Shown piece after piece: positions 32,437 to 42,673 of a stretch of 64,000 bases of DNA; the first letter of the stretch is position 1, and every line of letters begins with the position of its first letter. The translations under genes were made by a program, and so were the position numbers. The notes beneath the pieces are model-generated. The model did no database searches and was not told the origin of the DNA. It worked only from the letters and a program-made list of their open reading frames with translations. Source of the DNA: Patescibacteria group bacterium (GTDB taxonomy: Bacteria; Patescibacteriota; Minisyncoccia; Phycocordibacterales; UBA918); contig JAIEOU010000005.1 in assembly GCA_019750255.1 (NCBI GenBank), positions 14,078-78,077 on the forward strand, given 5' to 3'.

Positions 32437-33465
32437 ATGCAAGGAAAAAAATATGGGCTTGGTTTTTTGGTACTTCTCGCTGCTGCCATTACCATTGGAC
32501 TTCTGGTGTATGCGTATCAGGTTAAGACGGGCCAGAATTTTGACGAACAAGACGGGACGCAGCCAGTACCTATTACTTTGTCGGGTAAGCGTGAGTGCTT
32601 GCCTCGTAAAGATACGGGTGGTGCAGAGGCGAAAGAATGCACACTAGGATTTCGAACGGAAAGTGGGGAGTACTACATATTTGATACAGAAAGTGCGGCA
32701 GAGGTACCTGACTTTATGAAGGAAGAAGTATTTACGGCCATCGGGACCATTAAGCCGATAGAGCGGTTAAGTACAACCACGTGGAATGCCTTCGATGTGG
32801 TTGGCGTATTTTCGGTAAATGAAATTAAGATGGTCGCGGGTGCAAAACCAGAACCAGAACCAGAACCAGTTCCTGTCGCGCCTGCGCCACCCACACCGCT
32901 ACCACCAGTGCAGGGGTGCTTTGTGGGAGGGTGCTCGAGAGAGGTGTGCGGTAGTGAGCCGGAGGTGGTCACAAACTGCATGTACAAAGAAGAATACGCC
33001 TGTTACCAGACCGCCGTATGTGAGCGTCAAGCGAGTGGTGTGTGTGGATGGACCGAGACCCCCGGTTTGGTTTCGTGTCTCAGTGCTGTGGCTGATGGAG
33101 ATTCTGAAGTGCCGGCAGTCAATTCATCGCTCACTGTTAAGTCGTGGGAATGGATAACGGCAGAATACAGTGATGGACGTACTGTTGTGCCTAAGGAGTC
33201 GGGGCGATTCGTACTCAGCTTTGATGCTAAGGGAACTTGGTTTGCGCGCACCGATTGTAATGGGGTAGGGGGAGAGTACGTACTTGGTGCAAATGATCAG
33301 CTCACCTTTTCAGAGATGATGCGTAGCACGCTCATGTACTGTGGCGACTCGCAGGAAGTGGTATTTCAACAGCTGCTCCGGGATACTGTGGTCTATCACA
33401 TTACCGGCGCAGGTGAGTTGGTCCTTACCCTCAAGGCGGGTGGTGGAACTGTTCTCTTTCGCTAG
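32437..33465 (+). CDS. Membrane-anchored protein with Cys-cluster and META-like domains
   Basis: N-terminal TM; GGCS..VC...C....Y.CY....C.....CGW cluster; DCN...STLMYC META-like region. Confidence 0.75.
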   Translation: MQGKKYGLGFLVLLAAAITIGLLVYAYQVKTGQNFDEQDGTQPVPITLSGKRECLPRKDTGGAEAKECTLGFRTESGEYYIFDTESAAEVPDFMKEEVFTAIGTIKPIERLSTTTWNAFDVVGVFSVNEIKMVAGAKPEPEPEPVPVAPAPPTPLPPVQGCFVGGCSREVCGSEPEVVTNCMYKEEYACYQTAVCERQASGVCGWTETPGLVSCLSAVADGDSEVPAVNSSLTVKSWEWITAEYSDGRTVVPKESGRFVLSFDAKGTWFARTDCNGVGGEYVLGANDQLTFSEMMRSTLMYCGDSQEVVFQQLLRDTVVYHITGAGELVLTLKAGGGTVLFR

Positions 33466-33539
33466 ATGGACGCGCAACGTACGGTGAGGCAGCAAGGCGC
33501 ATTCATTGGGTTGCTTTTGCTTCTGCTACAATAGTAGGT

Positions 33540-33998
33540 GTGAAAGAACGATTTCCTTTCGTCAGTGCGGTGTACCTCCTTCACATCAAAGATGGTCAGA
33601 TACTGCTCGCGAGGCGGTGTAACACTGGTTATAAAGATGGTGAGTACGGAGTGCCGGCTGGGCATCTGGACGGTAATGAGACAGCTCGTGCGGGTATGGT
33701 ACGAGAGCTTAAGGAGGAGATAGGAATTACCGCTTCCCCCGATGATCTTCAGGTCGTACATGTCCTCCAGCGTAAAGCGAGCAACGAGAGGATTGAGTTT
33801 TTCCTCACCCTCAGTCGTCATGAGGGCGAGATTAGAAACACCGAGCCAGATAAGTGTGATGACCTACGGTTCTTTCCATTAACAGCCCTCCCTGAAAACA
33901 CCATTGATTTTGTCAGGTTTGTTGTAGAACGCTATCAGGTCGGTGAGTTTTACTCAGAGTTCGGGTACTCGTCACAAGAGCATACTGACAGTGTATAG
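33540..33998 (+). CDS. NUDIX hydrolase
   Basis: PAGHLDGNE...RELKEEIG Nudix box. Confidence 0.92.
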   Translation: MKERFPFVSAVYLLHIKDGQILLARRCNTGYKDGEYGVPAGHLDGNETARAGMVRELKEEIGITASPDDLQVVHVLQRKASNERIEFFLTLSRHEGEIRNTEPDKCDDLRFFPLTALPENTIDFVRFVVERYQVGEFYSEFGYSSQEHTDSV

Positions 33999-34007
33999 TT
34001 GTGTGTT

Positions 34008-34457
34008 ATGTCTTTAACTTCAAAGTTTGTAGTTCGTAGTCGTGCGGTTGTTGTTCATGATGGTAAGTTGTTGGTCGTACGCCACGCACATAATCCCTCA
34101 TACGCAGCCCTTCCCGGGGGACATCTCGAGTTTGGTGAATCACCTGAAGAGTGTTTGATTCGCGAGATTATAGAGGAGCTCGGCGCAACGCCAGTGCTCG
34201 GTCGCTTGCTGTACGTAAACACTTTCACCATCACCGTCGACGGAGTTCCTACCCAACCGCTAGAGTTTTTCTTTGAGGTTACAAATTCCGTTGATTTCCT
34301 CGACATTACAGAAGAGGGACGTAGTCATGCCCACGAGCTTGCCGCTATCGAGTGGGTGGAGGCCGACTCAAGTGTTACCATTTTACCGACTCGCATTGCT
34401 GAAGATTTGAGAGCGGGGAAGCTCCTTGCTGAAGGTGTTCGTTTTAATAAAAATTAA
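34008..34457 (+). CDS. NUDIX hydrolase
   Basis: LPGGHLEFGE...REIIEELG Nudix box. Confidence 0.92.
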   Translation: MSLTSKFVVRSRAVVVHDGKLLVVRHAHNPSYAALPGGHLEFGESPEECLIREIIEELGATPVLGRLLYVNTFTITVDGVPTQPLEFFFEVTNSVDFLDITEEGRSHAHELAAIEWVEADSSVTILPTRIAEDLRAGKLLAEGVRFNKN

Positions 34458-34462
34458 TTACT

Positions 34463-35179
34463 ATGGAGTTCCTTCCGGTAATGACGCGGGTATTGCTTCC
34501 GCCACAAGACGATTTACGTGCCGTGTTGAAAGAGTCACTCCCGCCTTTAAGGGAACGTGATATTGTCGTCATTTCTTCAAAGGTGGTGGCGATTCACGAG
34601 GGGCGCTGTGTTGCGAAATCTGGTTTTGACAAAAATGCGCTCATTAAACAGGAAGCTGAGTTGGTTATTCCGCGCGGGTACGCTAAGTGGCCGCTTGTCG
34701 TATCCCGGCACGCCTTTGTCAGCGGCGCTGGTATTGATGAAAGTAATGGTAATGGCTACCATATATTGCTACCCGAGGACGTTTTTAAGAGTGCGCAGTC
34801 TCTCCACGAACACCTGTGTGTTACATACGGAATTGCCGATCTGGGCATAATTATTACTGATAGTGCCTCGGCACCCTTTCGTTACGGCGCACAGGGGGTT
34901 GCGCTTTCATGGTGGGGAATGGAACCACTCCAAAACCACATTGGCCGAACAGATTTATTTGGTCGTGAGATTCGCTACGAACGTTCAAACGTGGTTGATG
35001 GTATCGCGGGGGGAGCAACAGTCGTCGGTGGTGAAGTGGATGAGGCAACGCCAATTGTTATCGTGCGCGGTGTCCCGCGGGTAACGTTCGTGGCGGGCGA
35101 TACTCGCGATCAATTACTGGCACCATTTAGTGAGGACCGGTTCCGAGTTTTGTATGAAGAGTGGCTCCCTAAGGATTAG
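34463..35179 (+). CDS. CofE-family gamma-glutamyl ligase-like protein
   Basis: VISSKVV, AGIDESN, IITDS, DLFGR, GE.DE.TPIVIVR. Confidence 0.85.
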   Translation: MEFLPVMTRVLLPPQDDLRAVLKESLPPLRERDIVVISSKVVAIHEGRCVAKSGFDKNALIKQEAELVIPRGYAKWPLVVSRHAFVSGAGIDESNGNGYHILLPEDVFKSAQSLHEHLCVTYGIADLGIIITDSASAPFRYGAQGVALSWWGMEPLQNHIGRTDLFGREIRYERSNVVDGIAGGATVVGGEVDEATPIVIVRGVPRVTFVAGDTRDQLLAPFSEDRFRVLYEEWLPKD

Positions 35180-35259
35180 ATTGATTTTTCAGTCAGTTGT
35201 GACATAGTAGCTGTAGAAACATCCTGCTACCTGCACGGGCGGTGCTGAAAGGATATGCG

Positions 35260-35694
35260 ATGTCCGCTGTTGATAAACTAAACAATAGTGAGAACGTTTA
35301 CGCTCAGCTGCTTGGGGCGCCAGAAAAAATTCTGCAGGCGCTCACGGCGTTGCATCAATTCTCAGCAACCTTAGCTCCTCCTCATCGCCTCACGAGTAAT
35401 GAATTCGCAGAGGAGGTTTCTCGTGCCGTCAATGTAGGTGCCCCTCGCAACAGTGGCCCGTTCATTGCGCTATTAAAGGCGCTCAAGAAAATGGGTCTAA
35501 TTGAAGAGGCGGTATTAGCACTTACGTATAAGTATCCCGCAAACAAGCGGTACATTCAGGTGAGTGCGCTTGGAATAAAAATGGTTGAGTGGGGACTTGA
35601 TTTTTCACGAAAAGAGAAAGCACTCACAAGCATCAAGGAGCTGGTCGGAAAAAATGTTCCGCTATACGCTCCGCCCCCGTCAGGAAGTTCCTGA
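35260..35694 (+). CDS. Hypothetical protein (possible winged-helix)
   Basis: LKALKKMGLIE...KRYIQVSALG resembles a wHTH wing; weak. Confidence 0.55.
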   Translation: MSAVDKLNNSENVYAQLLGAPEKILQALTALHQFSATLAPPHRLTSNEFAEEVSRAVNVGAPRNSGPFIALLKALKKMGLIEEAVLALTYKYPANKRYIQVSALGIKMVEWGLDFSRKEKALTSIKELVGKNVPLYAPPPSGSS

Positions 35695-35759
35695 CGGGGT
35701 ATCTTTAATAAAAGACCTCGTACGGTGCCCTGTCAGATTTGTGCTGTATAATGTCACCT

Positions 35760-37136
35760 ATGCCTACCACATCATCCCTTGCAGCCAATTACCTTCAAGC
35801 CTTTAAAGAAGCCGATATTCGCGGCGTCTACCCAAAAGAGATTGACGAAGAAGTGGCGTATTTAATAGCGCGCGCCTTTGTTGAGGAATTTTCCTATAAG
35901 CAAGTAGTGGTCGGGCGTGACATGCGACTATCATCACCCCAGCTTAGGGACTCTTTTGTTCGAGGTGTCATTGATGCGGGCGCAAGGGTGGTTGATATCG
36001 GCCTCGTAACCACCCCTATGCTGTATTTTGCGTCAGCTACGATGAAGCTTCCGGGGGTAATGATCACCGCATCGCACAGCCCTAAGGACCAGAACGGACT
36101 CAAGCTCGTTTCGACTGGAGCGGTACCTCTGACCGAAAAGACCGGCTTGCGCGCGATCCGTAACCGACTTACAAAAGGAACGTTCTTGCCCGATGCTGCG
36201 CGACCGGGAACGGTGGTGGAAAAAGACATCATAGCTGCGTTTGCTCGGTATGTACTTAAGGGGAACAAAATTCCTAAAGGAGCGGCCCAGGTGCGGGTGG
36301 TGGTGGACTGCGGGAACGGCATGGGGACGCTCCTGTTGCCAATACTCAGGGATCTTGGTTTGGACGTGACGCCTCTCTTTGTCGAGCTTGATGGAGCCTT
36401 TCCGCATCGTGGTTCCAATCCAACCGTGCCAAAAAATCAAAAGGCGATAGCAGCTGCGCTCAAAGCGGGAGAGTTCGATTTTGGTATAGCGTTTGATGGG
36501 GATGCCGATCGGGTGGCTTTCTTTGATGAGCGTGGTCAGTTCATAAACTGTGGAGCAATTGGGGCTCTGATCGCAGAGACGCTTCTACCGAAGAATCCAA
36601 AGGCGGTGTTTGTGGGTACGGTACTCACCAGTCGCGCCTTTCGTGAGGCGGTAATTACCCACGGTGGGCGATACAAGGAAGCGAGAGTAGGGCACTCGTA
36701 TGTCAAAGAGGTGATGCATAAAAACGACGCAGTGTTCGGGTGTGAGCACTCGGGACATTTTTTCTTTAAAGATTTTTTCCATACTGATACGGTAGAGCTC
36801 ACTATCCGAAGCGTCCTACATGCATATCGTACGGCTGGGGTCGCGTTTTCTGCACTGGTCTCACCGTATACTCAGTATTATCAAACTGAAGATTTGATGG
36901 TGGCAGTGTCTGATGAGAAAACGGCGTTGGCGGGAATGGTGGCGCAGGCACAGAAAGAAGCGGGAGCGAGGATGGTACTGCGGGACGGACTGACGCTCAA
37001 TTATGGAGATGCTTGGGTGGTTATTAAGCCGAGTGTTACTGAGACAGCCCTCAATATCATAGCTGAAGGGACTAATAAAAAGCGAGTCATTACTCTGCGT
37101 GACGCGGCAGTTGCGCAAGCGCGTCTCCTCGCGTAA
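35760..37136 (+). CDS. Phosphomannomutase/phosphoglucomutase
   Basis: DIRG, ITASHSP, FDGDADR, CEHSGH. Confidence 0.93.
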   Translation: MPTTSSLAANYLQAFKEADIRGVYPKEIDEEVAYLIARAFVEEFSYKQVVVGRDMRLSSPQLRDSFVRGVIDAGARVVDIGLVTTPMLYFASATMKLPGVMITASHSPKDQNGLKLVSTGAVPLTEKTGLRAIRNRLTKGTFLPDAARPGTVVEKDIIAAFARYVLKGNKIPKGAAQVRVVVDCGNGMGTLLLPILRDLGLDVTPLFVELDGAFPHRGSNPTVPKNQKAIAAALKAGEFDFGIAFDGDADRVAFFDERGQFINCGAIGALIAETLLPKNPKAVFVGTVLTSRAFREAVITHGGRYKEARVGHSYVKEVMHKNDAVFGCEHSGHFFFKDFFHTDTVELTIRSVLHAYRTAGVAFSALVSPYTQYYQTEDLMVAVSDEKTALAGMVAQAQKEAGARMVLRDGLTLNYGDAWVVIKPSVTETALNIIAEGTNKKRVITLRDAAVAQARLLA

Positions 37137-37146
37137 GGTACCGTAC

Positions 37147-37977
37147 ATGGAGAAAAAATTCCGCCGTCCGGCCACTAAGGGGAGCGCATCTTTTACCGGT
37201 CAGCCTCTTCGCAAAAGTAAACCCAAAAGTGCACTTGAGTTTATTTTTGGCAAACACGCGGTTTTAGAAGCGGTAGAGCGGCGTCCCGATGTAGTGAGGG
37301 AGCTGTATGTGTCAGCTGATTTTACGGACGGTGCGTACCTGGAGCGTCTTCTTAAAACTGGTCTGTCACCTCGGCCACTTAATCCCAAAAATCCACCGCG
37401 CGGTATTTCTGCCAATGCCCCACACCAAGGGGTGGTGGCCGGAATCATGCCCGAGCGGCTCATGGTACCGTATGCGGATTTCATTACTACCTTCACTCCG
37501 GACGCACACACGGCACTCCTTCTTCTTGGGGAGGTACAAGATCCACATAATGTAGGGGCGGTGATTCGTAGTGCTGCTGCCTTTGGTTTTGCGGGCGTGC
37601 TTATTCCGCCACACAACCAAGCGCCAGTAACGGGAACTGTGGTTAAAGTATCTGCGGGGATGGCGTTTCGAATTCCGCTTGTGGCTATCGGTAACGTGAA
37701 CACCACTATGCGCGATTTAAAAGACCGCGGTTTCTGGATGTATGGTCTTGAGGGGGAAGGGAACGCTTCGACCACCACCGAGAAATTTACTCACCCCACC
37801 GTATTTCTCCTCGGAAACGAAGGAGAAGGTTTGCGCGAGAAAACCAAAGAGCTGTGTGACGGTCTGATTTCTATTCCGATTCACCCGAGGTGTGAATCTC
37901 TAAATGCGGCGGCGGCGGCGGCAATTGTTATGGCGACGTGGAGTGCCCAGCACCCCAAGGCCCTCTCGCGCAGATAG
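37147..37977 (+). CDS. rlmB: SpoU/TrmH family rRNA methyltransferase (RlmB-like)
   Basis: HQGVV, QDPHNVGAVIRSA, GNEGEGL, ESLNA. Confidence 0.88.
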   Translation: MEKKFRRPATKGSASFTGQPLRKSKPKSALEFIFGKHAVLEAVERRPDVVRELYVSADFTDGAYLERLLKTGLSPRPLNPKNPPRGISANAPHQGVVAGIMPERLMVPYADFITTFTPDAHTALLLLGEVQDPHNVGAVIRSAAAFGFAGVLIPPHNQAPVTGTVVKVSAGMAFRIPLVAIGNVNTTMRDLKDRGFWMYGLEGEGNASTTTEKFTHPTVFLLGNEGEGLREKTKELCDGLISIPIHPRCESLNAAAAAAIVMATWSAQHPKALSRR

Positions 37978-38059
37978 GGGGAATTGTAGTACAATAGCGC
38001 CACGATTTCGCCATGAGGCTCCTCATCGTGATACGTTTAGTAATGTAACTGTTTTGAAT

Positions 38060-38845
38060 ATGGATGATCAGCAACAGCAGCCTGCTGAAACAACTACAGC
38101 AGCGGCAGCACCAACAGTCGCTGCGTCAGGAGCGCGCACCAGTCGACAGGGCATGTGGTATGTCCTCGCCTTTGTTGTAGTCGCGCTCATTGGCCTTGGG
38201 CTGTGGTTTATGATGGAAAAGGATGGTCGGGTATCGACGGGAGTATTTAGCGGTATTACTGCATACATGAAGAGTGGTGAGGCGGCTGCAACGGTAAATG
38301 GTGCTGATATCTCAGTGCTCGATTTCGAATCAACTTTGCGCCAGCTTACCGCCAACACTGCCGAACAAGGAGTTGATGTGGCTGACCCAACAATTGTAGA
38401 GGAGCTTCGTACTCAAGCGATCGAATCTCTTGTTAATACTGAGGTACTGCGCCAAAAGGCCGAAGCGAGTAATGTTACCGTAAGCGATGAGGACATCCAG
38501 GCACGGTACAGCCAGATCGAAGCGGGTCTGGGCGGAGCAGAGGGTTTGGCGGCACGCATGGTTGAGCTAGGTGTTACGGATGAAATGCTAAGGCGCGATA
38601 TCAAGAATGATATTCTCATTCAGTCACATCTTGAAGCGTCTATCGATCGTTCGGCGGTTACTGTTAGTGATGAAGAAATCCAGTCACTCTATAATCAAGC
38701 GACGGCCGGTGGTGCCGACGTACCGCCACTTGCCGATGTGCGGGAACAAGTAGAGATGCAGATTCGTAGTGAGAAGGAGCAGTCTCTCGTAGCGCAATAT
38801 GTTGAAGAACTGCGTGCAGATGCTGCGATTGAAGTTAAGATTTAA
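38060..38845 (+). CDS. SurA N-terminal domain membrane chaperone
   Basis: TM then AATVNGADI...ELRADAAIEV. Confidence 0.8.
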   Translation: MDDQQQQPAETTTAAAAPTVAASGARTSRQGMWYVLAFVVVALIGLGLWFMMEKDGRVSTGVFSGITAYMKSGEAAATVNGADISVLDFESTLRQLTANTAEQGVDVADPTIVEELRTQAIESLVNTEVLRQKAEASNVTVSDEDIQARYSQIEAGLGGAEGLAARMVELGVTDEMLRRDIKNDILIQSHLEASIDRSAVTVSDEEIQSLYNQATAGGADVPPLADVREQVEMQIRSEKEQSLVAQYVEELRADAAIEVKI

Positions 38846-38862
38846 GTAGACGCGACACGTAA

Positions 38863-38901
38863 AGAAAACGCCTCTCCCCAAAAAGGGGGAGGCGTTTTCT
38901 T
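38863..38901 (+). terminator. Intrinsic terminator
   Basis: gaaaacgcct(c)tcccc-aaaaa-gggggaggcgttttc hairpin. Confidence 0.7.
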
Positions 38902-38980
38902 GTGGTTTTTCGCTAGTCGACTTCACAAACACCCCAGAGACTTTCGAGTGTTTAAACAGGGTATACTTATCTGGTATTGT

Positions 38981-40234
38981 ATGTCGCCTGATCTTTTACA
39001 GAAGTCTAAACAACTTACCCGAAGTGCCCGGGAACGCATGAGTCTTTTGCGCGCACTTACCTTGCCAGAGCAGAGTGTGGTGCTGCTCGCGCTCACCCCA
39101 CACGTGCAGCAAAGTATTCTCACCCAGCTAAAAAATCATGAGCTGGTCGATATTCTTGACCATATGGATGTGAGAAGTGCCGAGTCGCTTCTCTCCCGTA
39201 TTTCCAGTATTAAGCGTCGCGATCGCATTGTCGCAGCGCTTAAGGGGGCCGTTAAAGATAAAATTGAATACTTCCTTCGCTTTCATCCAAAAGCAACGGT
39301 GGCGCTGATTAACTTTAATTATTTACTTCTCCCCGCCTCGCTTACTATTGGAGCAACGGCCGACGCAATTGATGAGCACTACAATGACACCGGGAAATTT
39401 CCTGAAGTGTTAGTACACGAAGCGGGGGTGCTCGTAGGTGAGGTGCCTATGAGTAACCTTGTGCGTGAGCGTAATACTACCTTATTGCGTAAGCAAGTGG
39501 TGCCGGTAGCAACTGTTCCGTATCAGGCCGAAGTGGCTGATATTGTAAATGCCCTCGCTGGATCACAAAAGCGGAAGGTAGTGGTGCTCGACGTCGATGA
39601 TAGTGTCCTCGGTATTATTTATGCTGACGAAGCCTTGTCACTATTTGGGGATCGCCTGGATGAGTCGCTCTATGATGTTGCGGGTGTGGCTGATAATGAG
39701 CGACCGTTTGACGGAGCTCTCACTAAGTTTAAAAATCGGTACCGCTGGCTTATGCTGAATCTCCTCACCTGTTTTTTTGCTGGGGGAGTGATTTATCTGT
39801 TTGAAGATACGATTGATACGCTCGTGATTCTCGCTATGTATATACCCATTGTGGCGGGTATGGGTGGGAATGCGGCAGCGCAGACCTTCGCGGTCACATT
39901 GCGCGGCATAACGCTGGGCAGTATTTCTCTAAAAAACTGCTGGCCGGCCATTTGGCGAGAGGTGGGTGCGGGTATGCTAAACGGAGTTGTTATCGGTATT
40001 ATCGTGGCAGCTATTTCTGTCATTTGGAACGAGAGCTGGTTACTGGGCCTTGCCGTCGGACTCACAATGGTTGGGGCACACATGATAGCCGGGTTCTTCG
40101 GTGGGGTAGTGCCGCTTATTATGAAGCGTCTGGGGTACGACCCGGCCGCCACATCTAGTATTTTTATCACTACAGCGACTGACGTCGGTGGGCTTGTGTT
40201 GCTGCTTGGTCTGGGTACCCTCCTCTTGATGTAG
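38981..40234 (+). CDS. mgtE: Magnesium transporter MgtE
   Basis: CBS-like region, GMGGNAAAQ, DPA..S..FITT.TD. Confidence 0.9.
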   Translation: MSPDLLQKSKQLTRSARERMSLLRALTLPEQSVVLLALTPHVQQSILTQLKNHELVDILDHMDVRSAESLLSRISSIKRRDRIVAALKGAVKDKIEYFLRFHPKATVALINFNYLLLPASLTIGATADAIDEHYNDTGKFPEVLVHEAGVLVGEVPMSNLVRERNTTLLRKQVVPVATVPYQAEVADIVNALAGSQKRKVVVLDVDDSVLGIIYADEALSLFGDRLDESLYDVAGVADNERPFDGALTKFKNRYRWLMLNLLTCFFAGGVIYLFEDTIDTLVILAMYIPIVAGMGGNAAAQTFAVTLRGITLGSISLKNCWPAIWREVGAGMLNGVVIGIIVAAISVIWNESWLLGLAVGLTMVGAHMIAGFFGGVVPLIMKRLGYDPAATSSIFITTATDVGGLVLLLGLGTLLLM

Positions 40235-40245
40235 AGAGGGTGCGC

Positions 40246-40605
40246 TTATTTTTTTGCGTGACTGCGGCAGCGGCCACTGATAGATACCTCAAGGTCGCTA
40301 ATGATAAAACCGGGTAGCGAAAACTCCTTCGCCAGTTCGGCGTCGTTCGTCGTAAAGTGGATAACCTTTCCACACTCCGTACATACCGCATGGTGATGGG
40401 GTTCGTGCTGCACTTCAAAAAACGCCTCATCTCCCGCTAGGTGAACCTTTTTAACCGCTGACTCTGCCACGAGGTAGTCAAGGGCGCGGTAGATGGTAAC
40501 GAGGTTGATGTGGGGGAGGGCGCTATGGAGGGCGCTCGCTGAAAGTGCCTCACGAGAGTGGGTGAGGTAATCGAGGATTTCTTTTCGATGGGTAGTAAGT
40601 CTCAT
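40246..40605 (-). CDS. Fur-family regulator, probably Zur
   Basis: LVTIYRAL, HHHAVCTECG; ATG 40605; near ZIP and COG0523 genes. Confidence 0.9.
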   Translation of the reverse strand: MRLTTHRKEILDYLTHSREALSASALHSALPHINLVTIYRALDYLVAESAVKKVHLAGDEAFFEVQHEPHHHAVCTECGKVIHFTTNDAELAKEFSLPGFIISDLEVSISGRCRSHAKK

Positions 40606-40878
40606 GAGTGTTTCCTGGTGGTTGTAGCCCGTCGCTTCCGCTCGCAGCGCAGACACAGTGTTACTAAGGTGAGGCGCGCACCGAGATATATGGTCAAGTC
40701 TCCTAATAGAAGGCTTATGGTGCCACGTGTCATCAAGAGGCTGTAATGGGTGCTCGGTAGTCCACACACAGTGCGCATAGGTAGATGATACAAAAGATTT
40801 AGGGATTTTAATAGTTCTAGTACTTCGATATAAAAAAGTGGGTGCGCGTCCATAGAGGTTGGCGCGCACCCGACTCGT

Positions 40879-41667
40879 TCAGACGCTTTCTGCGATGAAT
40901 CGACCCCTCGGTTTTAGGAGGGCCTGAATGGCGGCCGATTCCTCGGAGATGCCGTAGGCGAAGGGCAGGCAGTCTTCTTGTAGCTTCCAGGTCTCAGCCA
41001 GGAGATGGGTGAGCAGACTAGCAGTCATTCCGGCAACGTTTGATCGGGCCGGAGAAAATGCCATGGTCGGTGTACTGCAGGCCTCCACGGACACGAGACT
41101 GCAGTTGCAGTCGCAGTTGTGGTTGAGGACCATCCCGGTACGTTGCTGGAACACCGACTGCACATGGAGCATGAACGTATAGACCAGGCCAGCAGCGTGG
41201 AGGCAGCTATCGACGATGGTGTAGTGGGCTGGCAGTTTCCCACCACCCGCTTCGCGAAGAATCGACTGCTCTTCGGTAGGGTTTTCGCGCAAAGCGATGT
41301 GTGCGAACGAATGCCAGACGATTGAGGGCACTCGATCCCCATAAAAATCTGCGAGTTCGTCGAGGGCTGCCAGGACTTGCCTTGAGAGGGGGTTCGTGGC
41401 GTTGGGGTAGCTCGCAGTATCGAACCGCACTGCAAAACTGTGCCCGATGACGGCCAGGGTCGCCTGGGCGTTCGCTGTCCGGCCACGCTGTGCAGCGTAG
41501 GCTGCATGGGCACGGGCCCGCTCCACAAGATCGGGGTAAAAACCCTTGGCTTCGAGTTCCTGCCACTCGGGCGGCAGGCTGGCTGCGGCGCGGTCCTCTT
41601 TCTGTAGGAAGATATAGACCGGCTTGATGGTCTCACTGCGTTTACGCAGGTCGCACTTGATGCACAT
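40879..41667 (-). CDS. Hypothetical Cys-containing protein
   Basis: 262 aa from ATG 41667; N-terminal CxxC and HNCDCNC; GC-richer than neighbours. Confidence 0.55.
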   Translation of the reverse strand: MCIKCDLRKRSETIKPVYIFLQKEDRAAASLPPEWQELEAKGFYPDLVERARAHAAYAAQRGRTANAQATLAVIGHSFAVRFDTASYPNATNPLSRQVLAALDELADFYGDRVPSIVWHSFAHIALRENPTEEQSILREAGGGKLPAHYTIVDSCLHAAGLVYTFMLHVQSVFQQRTGMVLNHNCDCNCSLVSVEACSTPTMAFSPARSNVAGMTASLLTHLLAETWKLQEDCLPFAYGISEESAAIQALLKPRGRFIAESV

Positions 41668-41764
41668 TCGTTTTGGTCTCCGCAAAGAACGGTTGAAGAA
41701 CAACTGGCACGTTGCCAGCCCGCTGTGCACGATGATTATCATGAACGGTGGGCTGGGAACGTAC

Positions 41765-42601
41765 TTACGCGCGTGCTTGTAGGCGAGCTGCTTCAAATTT
41801 TTGCACCCGAGCCAGTCCATTTCCTGTAGGTGCATGTTTTCTGATATTTTCTAGCGCTATGGCCATGGCTTCCGTGGTGGCAGCGTTTAATTGTGTGCTA
41901 TCGGCATGGCGTATACCCTCGTCATTTGGAATGGTGCCAATAATAGGTAATGAAAGGGTCGGAAGAGTATCGGAGGCACTGTGCTTGTTGATAAGTGCAA
42001 AGATAGGAAGCTGAGTATGAAGAGCGATGCGTGCTACTTCATTCGCGACACGAATACTGTTTGGGTGATTCTCGATTACCGTAACAATAGCATCAACACC
42101 ATTAAAGAGGCCAAAATTCATCATGTCTACTCCAGCTACCCCGTCAACTATCAGTGATTCCTGTGCTGCTAGGTGTAGTAATGGTAAGTAGAACTTGAGT
42201 GGCGCACTATGACCATGGGCACATTTTCCAGAGAAAAGAATATCTTCGGCCCCGAGACCGACGACAATTAGGTCGGTAGTATTGTTGATGGCGATAGTGA
42301 TACTGCGGGTAAAATCATCTTTGGGGTTGAGGGTGAAGGCGGGTAAGGTGCGACCATCAAGTACAATGTCGCTCCAACGTGCAGAGGCAGACTGTCGGAC
42401 AGCGACAAGAAATTCCGGGTGTGAGCGGTGCAGAGTAGGAGTTTGTTCGGAAACGGCAGCTCCCAGATTATGGGCTAGGTCCATATTATGGTCGGCGTCA
42501 ATTAAGAGGACGCGCTCATTGTCTCTATGTAGTACGGAATAAGCGAGCCAAGCAAGGCTACTTTTACCACTACCACCCTTGCCGATAAACGCTATTTTCA
42601 T
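41765..42601 (-). CDS. CooC-like (MinD/ParA superfamily) P-loop ATPase
   Basis: MKIAFIGKGGSGKS, IDAD.N.DL, D..AG; CAHGH at the position of CooC CxC. Confidence 0.82.
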   Translation of the reverse strand: MKIAFIGKGGSGKSSLAWLAYSVLHRDNERVLLIDADHNMDLAHNLGAAVSEQTPTLHRSHPEFLVAVRQSASARWSDIVLDGRTLPAFTLNPKDDFTRSITIAINNTTDLIVVGLGAEDILFSGKCAHGHSAPLKFYLPLLHLAAQESLIVDGVAGVDMMNFGLFNGVDAIVTVIENHPNSIRVANEVARIALHTQLPIFALINKHSASDTLPTLSLPIIGTIPNDEGIRHADSTQLNAATTEAMAIALENIRKHAPTGNGLARVQKFEAARLQARA

Positions 42602-42604
42602 AAC

Positions 42605-42657
42605 TGCAAATGATTTGCATTATAGCGGGAACTAAGATAAAATGCAAATCATTTGCA
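42605..42657. promoter_or_regulatory. Two perfect 7-1-7 palindromes, putative Zur boxes
   Basis: TGCAAAT-G-ATTTGCA 42605-42619 and TGCAAAT-C-ATTTGCA 42643-42657 in a 72-nt divergent gap. Confidence 0.85.
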
Positions 42658-42673
42658 AATTTAAATAATACCT

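Noticed and set aside
32847-32869. (AACCAG)n microsatellite as a contingency locus
   Set aside because: In-frame hexamer encoding a PEPEPEP linker.
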